The translations under genes and the position numbers were made by a program. Below the pieces are notes generated by a model that saw only the letters and a list, made by a program, of their open reading frames with translations, was not told the origin of the DNA and searched no databases. Below are positions 36,412-45,145 of a DNA stretch of 64,000 bases, piece by piece. Source of the stretch: Eubacteriales bacterium (GTDB lineage: Bacteria > Bacillota > Clostridia > Oscillospirales > UBA644); NCBI GenBank assembly GCA_045542115.1, contig JAZQKK010000019.1, positions 133,362-197,361 on the forward strand, given 5' to 3'. Position 1 is the stretch's first letter. Each line of letters begins with the position of its first letter.

Positions 36412-39400
36412 TTATTGGTCGGCAGATTCGTCCGCAGCGGACAACGCGATGGTCACCGTAGCGACCTTGTCAATCGCCTCGGTGGGAGTCCCGTCGGCAG
36501 TGAAGGTCACGCTTTCCGTGGGCGCGTCATTCACGGGCGTTCCTTCGGCGGTAGGCAGAGTCAGGGCAGACTTATCAGCCGAAACGGTAACTTTATCGCT
36601 GAAATTCTGCACGCCGATGGCAACGTTCACGGCTCCGTTGGAGTGGTTGACCACGGTGACGTTGATGGTTTTCTTCACCCATTTTCCTTCTTCGCCCCCT
36701 TCATAGGTATGGCTGGAAGGCGTCCAGACGCCTTGGCTTCCGGCGTCGTAGTCAAAGGCAAAATCGTCCCCGTCCCAGGAAATATCTAACAAGTATACCT
36801 TGTCGGCCGGCTGGCGGTCGTTGTAGATGACCGTCAAATCCTCGGATTCGCTCTTGATGGTCTCGCCGCCGACAGGTTCTTTGCCCAAATCTTCCAGGGC
36901 AATGACGTTCGCCCAGGTGTCGGAATCGGCGTTCTTCCATTGAATGTGGGTATCGGTGACTTGTAGGTCGACGTCCGCGTTGGCATCGCCGGTCAGGTCT
37001 TCCACGGTCATCAAATCCTTCCATTCGCCGTATCCTTCCACGTATTGAATCATCCGCGTAGTGGAGCGCATCACCGTGTTTTCTTTGATGCGGACCCGGA
37101 CCTCATCGTTCAGCGCGTTGGGGATAAAGAAATTGGCATTGGCAACGATTTCCCCAGTGAAGGTGTTGTACCCGGACAGAAGCACCCCGTTTTCGTAGAC
37201 CGAAACCAGGTATCCCTCGTAATTCTGGCCGGAAGGAACGTGGACGGCGGTATAGCCGAGAGGTTCGTTGACCGCGGTATAAGGTTGTTTCCAGGTCAGA
37301 CTCGCATCGGCTTCCAAAGCCTCGGCCTTCCACTTCCGGGTGACGGAGACACTTTCGTTATCGCTGAACGCCCGGTGGGAGTGCCCGGCGAAATGAATGA
37401 CGTTGGGGTATTTTTTCAGAAGGTTGTACAACAGGTCGGAGGAGTTCCAATCGGGAACGAATCCATCCCGGGGACCGGACCATTCATTGAAGGCAATGTA
37501 GCCGGTACCGGAGAAGATCTCCTTCTTGTCGTTTCCGTCCGGTTTATTGTAAATCGATGCAAAACCCGATTCGATGGTGTAGTAGTGGAACATCAAATAG
37601 ACGTTGCCGTACACGTCGTTGGTGTTGTAGTAATTTTCCAAAACGCCTTCCAGCCATTCCAACTGCGTGGGGTCCAGATGCTGAGAGGTGTTGGTTTTTG
37701 CGTCGTCCTTGTAGAAATTGGAATTATACACACCGATGCCCATATAAACGAACAGATCGTCGCCGTACTGAACGGTATAGTCGTAGTCGGGATTTTTCTC
37801 GGAAACGGTGACTTTGTATTCTCCGTTGGGGCCGGTGTAGTTGGGATTGGCGTAGGTGGTGCCGCCCAAAGCGTTTTTCAGATTTTCAAGCGCCTGTTCG
37901 GGGGTAAGCCCGTGGGCGGTGTCGATGTTCCATTCCAGAGCGTCGTGGTTCCCGGCGGAAACGAAGACCGGCATCGTCCAGCCGCCTTCGGTGTAGACCC
38001 GCTGGAATTCTGTATAGGCTCCGGCGGCGCCGTTGTTGGTAAAGTCCCCGGTGACCACGGTAAAGGTGGCGTTGGCGGATTCAAACAGGTTCATTGCCGT
38101 AGCGAAGGCAACCGATTGCGCCCCGTTTTTGGTGGCGGTAAAATGCGTATCCGACAAAACCCCGTAGGTATATTTCAAATTCCCAAGGTCGGTCTTCCGG
38201 TCGGAGGGCAATTCGTAACCACTTACGGGAACGCCGTCTTGCGCAAACCACAGATGGGTCGCGCCGGCGGGGATGCCCACCCGGTCAGCAAAGGTGTAAC
38301 TGAGGACCTTACCGCTGATGTTCAGGTCGTCCACTTCTGCAATGGGAGTATATCCCGTAAGCAGTCCGTCCGCAGTTCCCCAACACAGAGAATAGTTTCC
38401 GGAAACGTAATTCTCCCTCAAAGTAACGGTGACCGTTCCTTCGGCGCTGCCGGGGAGGTTCTGCCGGAAGGCATACGTTATTTCGGGAAGGGGTTCAATG
38501 GTCAAAGTATAGTTCTTATCTCCGATTTCGGCGTGGGAAAGGGCCAGGGACCAAGAACCGGGTTCGGAGGCGGTAGCCTTTTTCACCAGCGTCAAATTCG
38601 CGGTATAATCTTCCATCAACGTATCCAGCTTCGAATTCAGATACTCCTGGGTCATATTGTTGGAGGCGGGGATGCTGTTCAGCAGAGTTTCCAAGGCTTC
38701 CAGGTCGGCGGCGGGGTCGATGGCCACGGAATGGTCCACAAAGGTTTTCAGCATCGGATAGTAATAGGTATTCCCGGAAGAAGCCTTGACGGTCCAGGCG
38801 GAGTTTTCTCCGGAGGTAAGTCCGGCAAACAGTTGGGCGTTCTTCGCAGAGAAGCGTTTTACCGACGTAACGTTGGCAAGGTCGGAAGGACAGTGTCCGG
38901 CGAAGATACCTTCAAGGTGGTTCAGCGTTCCGGAGATAGCGTAACTGTTGGTCAGCACGTTTCCGTCCGCAAAGCCTTCGGAGGAATTGCCTACCCGGGG
39001 AACGGCCACGATATTACCCACGGAAGAAACGTTGCTTCCCGCCGTTCCGGCTTTCAGGGAATAAATCGGCCCCACGTTCAGACAGTTGCGAACGGTCATA
39101 TCGTTGTCTTTCAAGTCGCCAACGATACCGGCGGCCGCCGCATAGCAGGAGCCGGTGCCGTGATAGGAAGAAACGACGGTGGCAGCGTTGAAACAATCTT
39201 CCACGACGGTCCCGATATGGTCGGGCGTACGGCCGATCACGCCGCCAACGCTGGTCTGCCGCTTGGCGGAACCGCTGATATAACCGGAAAGAACCGCTAC
39301 GTTTTTCAGAGACAGCGTCGTGTCTTTCAGCGCGTATCCGCTGACGGCACCCACGTTACAGTAGTCATAATTTGCTTGCACGTTGATGCAAATATTTTCA

Positions 39401-41781
39401 AAGGCCAGGTCTTTGATCTCCACCTGCCCGGAGAGTAATTCAAACAAGCCGAAGTTATACGTTCCGCTGTCTCCGCAAACTTTGGGAGAATCCTTCGTCC
39501 CGATAAACAGACCGGAAATCACTTTGCCGTTTCCGTCAAACCGTCCGGAGAATTGCCCTTCGATGGGAACCCATTCTTTATCGGACAGGTCGAGGTTGTT
39601 GATCAGTTTGTAGTTTCCGTTCAGGGGATATTCGGCAATGGTGCCAATCTTCCGCAGTTGTTCGGCGGTTTCAATGTAAATCAGCTCCACAGGAACAGAG
39701 TCCTCCACAAAGGTTTTCAGCATCGGATAGTAATAGGTGCTTATCCCCTCTTGGGTGGTGGATGCCTTTACGGTCCAGAGGGAATTTTCTCCGGCCGTAA
39801 GACCGGCGAAGGACGCGGGGTCGTCCACGTCAAACAAATCCACCACGTTGGTATGGTCCGTATCCCACTGATAGATGCTGGAATAGGTCCCGCTGTGGGA
39901 CAGCGTTCCGGAAATGCCGTAGTTATTGTTAAAGACAAATCCGTCTACCATCGCAGTCCCGCCGGAAACGGTCATTCCCTGCAAGGTAACGATATGACCG
40001 GGCATACAGTACGCGGTCTTGGACGTAGAGGTAGAAGCAGTAGAAATCTTGCCCACGTTCAAGCAATTTTCCACGGTATTTCCTGCCGCATTTTTGGGAC
40101 GGCCGATGATACCGGCAGCGATGGCGTAAGAACCGTTATCGCTTCGCTTGGTGGAAACAGAAAGATTTGCGGCGTTAAAACAGTTGCGGATAACGTATCC
40201 GGCGTTTCCGGTAAATCCACCGGCAATCCCCCCGACCCCGACCTGGTGGTCGTTGTTCAGAGAGCGAATCGTCCCGGTAACGGCGACGTTTTCAATCAAC
40301 GAAGTTCCTTTGATAAAGCCGGTGACTGCACCGATGGCAAAGTCTGCGGTATATTTTGTTTCGCCTACCGTCCAGTTTTTAGCGCAAACGTTAAAGTCTA
40401 CGTCTTTGAAGAAAACGTTTCGGACCGTTCCGTCCAAAAGAATTCCAAAGAATCCCCAGAAACTGTCGGCGGCATTTTCCACGGGAGCCGCTTCGGTCCC
40501 GCTGTGGAGGTTGGCAATCGTGTGCCCGTTTCCGTCAAAGACACCAGAAAATGCGCGGTTGTAATCGAAGGTGGGAAGGTTTACTCCCAAAGGCGTCCAT
40601 TCCACGTCGGCAAAATCCAAGTCGTTCATCAGACGGTAGTACACGCCCGCCGCCAACGGATACATTCCATTCGTTCCGATTTTCCGCAATTCTTCCTCGG
40701 TTTCAATGGAAATGACCGTTCCTTGCGTTCCCACGGGAACGGCGTAGGCGGGATTTAAGGTAGCGGGAAGGGGATAATGACCGTCTTTTAACGTCCAGCC
40801 CGCGGTAAAGGACGCCGCATATTTGGCTGCGTCATCTATATTCTGGGCAGAAAGAAGGGTAACGCTGTTTTTATCCGCTTCATAATAGATGGCATCGTCC
40901 GCCGTATACGAAACGCAACCTTCCAACCCGTAGCAGTTGACGATCTGAGAACTTCCGGGCAGGGAGGTAATGGGAGAAGAACTCGTGGAGGCCCGGCCGG
41001 CAATGGACCCACAGCTGCTGATATTCGTCCCACTTTGAAGGGCTACTTCACTGACGATCTGCCCCACGTTGATGCAATTGGAAATGGTGGTACCCTGATT
41101 CAAAAGATACCCGACCATCCCGCCGATGGAGAGATAGCGATTTACATCTCCGGACGTGGTGGTCGCCCCGGAAACGGTCGCCCCGTTATAACAGTTTTTA
41201 ATCAGAACGGTGGAATTGGCTTTGTGTTGGCACATCCCAACAAAGCCGCCCACACGGTTTTGGCGTTCCACACAATACAAAGAACCGGAGAGAACGGCAA
41301 CGTTCTCAATTACGACCGTTTGCGTTCCGTTGTCCGGTCTCAAATATCCGACAATCGTACCCACGCCGGACTGACTTCCCCGTCCGGGGGCTCCGTTGTA
41401 GTATACGTTTTCAAAGATAACGTTTTTTACGGTAATGCTGTCATAAACTTCGGAAAACAAACCCCAGTTGGGTTGGGTCGTGGGCGTCGTGGCAGTCCCG
41501 GCATACATCCCAGAAATGACGTGTCCCTGCCCGTCGAACGTCCCGGCAAAGTTTTCAATGGCATCCCACTCTCCGTCGGACAGGTCAATATCCGCGGTAA
41601 GTACATAGTTCCCGTCCAAGGGGTAATAGACTTCGTCCGTACCGATCTTGCGCAGATCTTCTGCGGTGCTGATTTCGATGATGTCTTCCCCGATGGAAAT
41701 CATCCCCATCAATCCGATGCACAGACCGCATCCCACGCTGAAAGCGAGGACGAAGGCGAGAAGTTTTTGCCAACGTTTCAT
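36412..41781 (-). CDS. giant secreted/anchored protein: three ~330-aa GLUG-like beta-helix modules + calcineurin-like metallophosphoesterase + shared C-terminal domain
   Basis: N-terminal signal/anchor MKRWQKLLAFVLAFSVGCGLCIGLMG. Each of three modules opens with I.I.TAE(D/E/Q)LRKIGT...Y.L..D(I/L)DL...(E)W.P(I/L)..F.G.FDG(Q/N)G(H/K).I and holds repeated GG(F/I/M/V)(V/A/I)G motifs. Phosphoesterase motifs: LSDTHFT, TGDFTNNG, AGNHDA, MFHYY, AGHSHR. Confidence 0.8.
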   Translation of the reverse strand: MKRWQKLLAFVLAFSVGCGLCIGLMGMISIGEDIIEISTAEDLRKIGTDEVYYPLDGNYVLTADIDLSDGEWDAIENFAGTFDGQGHVISGMYAGTATTPTTQPNWGLFSEVYDSITVKNVIFENVYYNGAPGRGSQSGVGTIVGYLRPDNGTQTVVIENVAVLSGSLYCVERQNRVGGFVGMCQHKANSTVLIKNCYNGATVSGATTTSGDVNRYLSIGGMVGYLLNQGTTISNCINVGQIVSEVALQSGTNISSCGSIAGRASTSSSPITSLPGSSQIVNCYGLEGCVSYTADDAIYYEADKNSVTLLSAQNIDDAAKYAASFTAGWTLKDGHYPLPATLNPAYAVPVGTQGTVISIETEEELRKIGTNGMYPLAAGVYYRLMNDLDFADVEWTPLGVNLPTFDYNRAFSGVFDGNGHTIANLHSGTEAAPVENAADSFWGFFGILLDGTVRNVFFKDVDFNVCAKNWTVGETKYTADFAIGAVTGFIKGTSLIENVAVTGTIRSLNNDHQVGVGGIAGGFTGNAGYVIRNCFNAANLSVSTKRSDNGSYAIAAGIIGRPKNAAGNTVENCLNVGKISTASTSTSKTAYCMPGHIVTLQGMTVSGGTAMVDGFVFNNNYGISGTLSHSGTYSSIYQWDTDHTNVVDLFDVDDPASFAGLTAGENSLWTVKASTTQEGISTYYYPMLKTFVEDSVPVELIYIETAEQLRKIGTIAEYPLNGNYKLINNLDLSDKEWVPIEGQFSGRFDGNGKVISGLFIGTKDSPKVCGDSGTYNFGLFELLSGQVEIKDLAFENICINVQANYDYCNVGAVSGYALKDTTLSLKNVAVLSGYISGSAKRQTSVGGVIGRTPDHIGTVVEDCFNAATVVSSYHGTGSCYAAAAGIVGDLKDNDMTVRNCLNVGPIYSLKAGTAGSNVSSVGNIVAVPRVGNSSEGFADGNVLTNSYAISGTLNHLEGIFAGHCPSDLANVTSVKRFSAKNAQLFAGLTSGENSAWTVKASSGNTYYYPMLKTFVDHSVAIDPAADLEALETLLNSIPASNNMTQEYLNSKLDTLMEDYTANLTLVKKATASEPGSWSLALSHAEIGDKNYTLTIEPLPEITYAFRQNLPGSAEGTVTVTLRENYVSGNYSLCWGTADGLLTGYTPIAEVDDLNISGKVLSYTFADRVGIPAGATHLWFAQDGVPVSGYELPSDRKTDLGNLKYTYGVLSDTHFTATKNGAQSVAFATAMNLFESANATFTVVTGDFTNNGAAGAYTEFQRVYTEGGWTMPVFVSAGNHDALEWNIDTAHGLTPEQALENLKNALGGTTYANPNYTGPNGEYKVTVSEKNPDYDYTVQYGDDLFVYMGIGVYNSNFYKDDAKTNTSQHLDPTQLEWLEGVLENYYNTNDVYGNVYLMFHYYTIESGFASIYNKPDGNDKKEIFSGTGYIAFNEWSGPRDGFVPDWNSSDLLYNLLKKYPNVIHFAGHSHRAFSDNESVSVTRKWKAEALEADASLTWKQPYTAVNEPLGYTAVHVPSGQNYEGYLVSVYENGVLLSGYNTFTGEIVANANFFIPNALNDEVRVRIKENTVMRSTTRMIQYVEGYGEWKDLMTVEDLTGDANADVDLQVTDTHIQWKNADSDTWANVIALEDLGKEPVGGETIKSESEDLTVIYNDRQPADKVYLLDISWDGDDFAFDYDAGSQGVWTPSSHTYEGGEEGKWVKKTINVTVVNHSNGAVNVAIGVQNFSDKVTVSADKSALTLPTAEGTPVNDAPTESVTFTADGTPTEAIDKVATVTIALSAADESADQ

Positions 41782-41816
41782 TGAAAATACACTCCTTCTT
41801 TTTTTTGAAAATTTAT

Positions 41817-42710
41817 TTATTCTTCGGTAAGTTCGAGATAAGCAATCCGTTGCCGGTAGAGATGGACGCCGGTGGCTCTATGGTTTCCCAGGTGTCCCAA
41901 ATGAAGGCTGATCAAGTCCCCTTTTTTGACCGGGAGAGTGGCGGTAAAGAAAATCGGGTCAAAGGTTCGAAGCACGACCGGCTCCTGCAACGGAACGCCG
42001 TTCCGATAAAGGTGGACTTCCGTCGGCTGATGCCAATGGCGAAAATTTGCGTTCCGTCCCACGGAAAAGAAAATTTCCGCCGTCCCGGAATGGGGACAGT
42101 GAAACGTCCGCACCGACCGGGCAACTTTCCCGGGGTGCATTCCATAGCCTTGGTCCCGGTTCAGACAGTACCAATAGGGGTCGTAAAATTCCCGGGAGGG
42201 GGCTTGGAAGTGGTCCTTCTCGTCGTCCCATTCCATCAACCCGTATTCCCCCGTATCGGGACGGAAGTAGGCAAACTCCCAAAGTCCGTCGGGGGTGGGG
42301 TTTTGTCCTTTGCCCCACATTTCTTCGGAATAGCGGTATTCGTATTCTTTGACGAACCGCGCGCCGGTCTTCCCCTCTTTGAGTTGGGAGGGCAATACGC
42401 CGAAATGAGACATCACTGCTTTACGAAATCCCCGGGGGGTATACGACAACGCCTCGGCCGTCTTGACGGCAGACCAGCCCCGTTGCAGCAATTCCTTGGC
42501 CTTTTCCATCCGAAGCCGCCGGAGAAAGTCTCCCAGAGTCTCTCCGTAATAGGTGCGAAAGAGGAGATTTAAACGACGGGGAGAATATCCGGTTTTTCGA
42601 GCCACGTCTTCGATGCGAAGATTGTCTTGGTAATGCTGCAAAGCATAATTCATAATCCGCAGAAAATCCGAATGAAAACACCGATTGATAATATCTCCCC
42701 CTTCCCCCAA
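41817..42710 (-). CDS. AraC-family regulator with reversed architecture (N-terminal HTH, unassigned ~190-aa C-terminal domain)
   Basis: The double HTH spans aa ~20-115 (IEDVARKTGYSPRRLNLLFR ... FRKAVMSHFGVLPSQL). The remainder matches no domain I recognise. Its stop lies 35 nt upstream of the 1789-aa gene, with no terminator between. Confidence 0.7.
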   Translation of the reverse strand: MGEGGDIINRCFHSDFLRIMNYALQHYQDNLRIEDVARKTGYSPRRLNLLFRTYYGETLGDFLRRLRMEKAKELLQRGWSAVKTAEALSYTPRGFRKAVMSHFGVLPSQLKEGKTGARFVKEYEYRYSEEMWGKGQNPTPDGLWEFAYFRPDTGEYGLMEWDDEKDHFQAPSREFYDPYWYCLNRDQGYGMHPGKVARSVRTFHCPHSGTAEIFFSVGRNANFRHWHQPTEVHLYRNGVPLQEPVVLRTFDPIFFTATLPVKKGDLISLHLGHLGNHRATGVHLYRQRIAYLELTEE

Positions 42711-42810
42711 GATAATTTACCATTATAATGATAGCATATTTTTTGCCGATTGACAAGATGGCGTGAAAAATTGGGTACAAAAGTTCCCTATCTGCCCTAA
42801 GATAGAGAAC

Positions 42811-42849
42811 AAAAATTCCCCCTCCGGGCGAAATTGTCCGGAAGGGGAG
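42811..42849 (-). terminator. rho-independent terminator after GH36
   Basis: Minus strand: CTCCCCTTCCGG-loop-CCGGAGGGGGA followed by ATTTTTG. Confidence 0.65.
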
Positions 42850-42868
42850 TCTTGTTTGTGTTGTTTTA

Positions 42869-45037
42869 TTATTTGACTTCGGTGAGGTGGACTTTGAAGG
42901 TGGTGAAATCACCCATAATTTCAAGCCGGTTTACCCCGCCGTTCATCCACACGCTGCCGGGGCGGACGGTCCCGTCCTGGTCGGCGTACAATTTGTCCGG
43001 GTCAAGGCCGCGGAAATGAACCGTGCGCCGGCGAACCCGGGGACGGTTGTGGATGCACACGAAGGTCAGCAAGGCCTCGGACTTGTCTTCGGAAACATAG
43101 CACCAGGCACATTCTTCCCGGTTGGGGGGCAGGACCCGGTACAATTCCCCGAAATGAATCACGTCGTAATACTTGTGGTATTCCGCAATCTGACCTTTGA
43201 CCGCTTCTTTTTCTTCCTCGGACATCTTTGTCACGTCCAATTCATATCCGAACGACCCCGCCAAAGCCACGTCGCAACGGGTCTGCAAGGGGGTGATGCG
43301 GCCGGTCTGATGATTGGGAACGGCGGACACGTGAGAGGATACGGCAGAGGTAGGATAGCACATCGACGTGCCGTACTGAATATCCAGTCGGTCCATCGCG
43401 TCGGTATTGTCACTGGTCCAATATTGGGGAGAGTAATACAGCATCGCTGGGTCAAACCGTCCGCCGCCGGAAGCACATCCTTCCAAAAGCAGGTCGGGAT
43501 GGGCAGTCAAAAGCCGGTCGAGAAGGGCGTACAGCCCCAAAACGTACCGGTGGAAAATTTCCTTCTGCCGTTCGGGAGCAAGCAGGGCGCTGCCCACTTC
43601 GGTGAGATACCGGTTAAAGTCCCACTTAATGTATTCAATCCTGGCGTTTTTCATCACGTTGTCCATACAGTTGAACAGGTAATCCCGCACGTCGGGACGG
43701 GACATATCCAGAACGTACTGATTCCGGCTGGTACACATCGGACGGCCTTCTGCGTGCAGACACCAATCGGGATGGGCACGGTACAAATCACTGTCGGGGT
43801 TCACCATTTCCGGCTCGAACCACAGACCGAATTTCATTCCCAGGCCGTGGATACGGTGGGAGAGAAGCCCCAAACCGCCCTTTAATTTTTCTTCGTTGAC
43901 AAACCAATCCCCAAGCCCGGATTTATCGCTGTTCCGGGACCCGAACCAGCCGTCGTCGAGAACCAGCATCTCCACGCCCAGTTCCCCGGCTTGCTTGGCG
44001 ATGTTGTAAATCTTTTCTTCGTCGAAATCGAAATACGTGCCTTCCCAGTTGTTGATAAGAAGGGGGCGCTTGGCATTTTTCCAAGGGCCGCGGCAGAGAT
44101 TGTTTCGGTACAGTTTGTGGAAGGTCCGGCTCATTCCGCCCAAGCCGTCGGCAGAGAAGACAGCCACCGCTTCGGGAGTCTCAAAGGTCTTGCCCGGTTC
44201 CAGTTTCCAGCCGAAGTTGGTGGGGTTGATTCCCATAATCAGCCGCACGTCTCCGTCCACTTGCAGTTCGGTCTGAATGGAGAAGTTGCCGCTGTAAACA
44301 AAGTTAAAGCCGTAAGCCGCGCCTACGTCTTCGTTGGTGTCCTTGTCCACGAGGGCAACGAAGGGGTTGTGGTGGTGGCTCGACGCCCCTTCCAAACTTT
44401 CCACGGCGGTAATTCCGTGGATAAGGTCGGCCCGTTCGAAGTTCCGCTCTCTGCCCCATTCTCCGTACAGATGGCACAACTGCCAATTGCCGAAGGGCAT
44501 ATCCAGGCAAAGAGAGTAGGCCCGTTCGATATCCATCGTCTTGTCGGAAGCGTTTTCAATCACCGCCCGGCGGGTGATGGCGTCGTAGATTTCAAACACG
44601 GAATAGAACAACGTCACCTTCAAACCGGTCACTTTGTCTTCGGTCAATACTTCCAGGGTGGTCACTTCGTCTTCGGTACCGTAGGTGGCGGGCTGACCGG
44701 GAATGGCCGGCTTGCCGGGATAGATTTTATGGGAAACGTAGCGGATGTCCGTGGCGGCATCCCCCCAAGCGTTGCGAACTTGGAGGGCAGAGACCCGAAA
44801 ATCCCCCGTGCCGTTGCATCCGTATTCCAAAGCGGCGGTACAGGGCGACAAGGTTCCGTCGGCGGTCTTCGGGCCCCGGGCCAAACGACCGGAATACTCC
44901 CTCATATCACAAGGGGGAACCTTCGGCCCGTAATAATCGTGCAACAAAAATCCCCCATCGTTGATGTGAAACGCGTACGACGAGTTGGGGGTCGAAAGGT
45001 GAAAAGAACGAAATTCGTCCAAGAATTGAATGGGCAT
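42869..45037 (-). CDS. alpha-galactosidase, glycoside hydrolase family 36
   Basis: YIKWDFNRYL and LEGCASGGGRFD catalytic-region motifs, with the N-terminal MPIQFLDEF..FHLSTPNSSY pattern. Start set at the second ATG (45037), preceded by AAAGGAGA. Confidence 0.88.
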   Translation of the reverse strand: MPIQFLDEFRSFHLSTPNSSYAFHINDGGFLLHDYYGPKVPPCDMREYSGRLARGPKTADGTLSPCTAALEYGCNGTGDFRVSALQVRNAWGDAATDIRYVSHKIYPGKPAIPGQPATYGTEDEVTTLEVLTEDKVTGLKVTLFYSVFEIYDAITRRAVIENASDKTMDIERAYSLCLDMPFGNWQLCHLYGEWGRERNFERADLIHGITAVESLEGASSHHHNPFVALVDKDTNEDVGAAYGFNFVYSGNFSIQTELQVDGDVRLIMGINPTNFGWKLEPGKTFETPEAVAVFSADGLGGMSRTFHKLYRNNLCRGPWKNAKRPLLINNWEGTYFDFDEEKIYNIAKQAGELGVEMLVLDDGWFGSRNSDKSGLGDWFVNEEKLKGGLGLLSHRIHGLGMKFGLWFEPEMVNPDSDLYRAHPDWCLHAEGRPMCTSRNQYVLDMSRPDVRDYLFNCMDNVMKNARIEYIKWDFNRYLTEVGSALLAPERQKEIFHRYVLGLYALLDRLLTAHPDLLLEGCASGGGRFDPAMLYYSPQYWTSDNTDAMDRLDIQYGTSMCYPTSAVSSHVSAVPNHQTGRITPLQTRCDVALAGSFGYELDVTKMSEEEKEAVKGQIAEYHKYYDVIHFGELYRVLPPNREECAWCYVSEDKSEALLTFVCIHNRPRVRRRTVHFRGLDPDKLYADQDGTVRPGSVWMNGGVNRLEIMGDFTTFKVHLTEVK

Positions 45038-45070
45038 AGCCAATCTCCTTTTTTCCATATTTTACGATCT

Positions 45071-45100
45071 ATTATACCATAAATATCCCCGGCGTGTCAA
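45071..45100 (-). promoter_or_regulatory. near-consensus promoter of the GH36 gene
   Basis: Minus strand: TTGACA (45100-45095), 18 nt spacer, TGG-TATAAT (45076-45071). Confidence 0.6.
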
Positions 45101-45145
45101 GTTGCTGGGCCGGGGATACAAAAATTCCTGGGATAACAGATTGAT

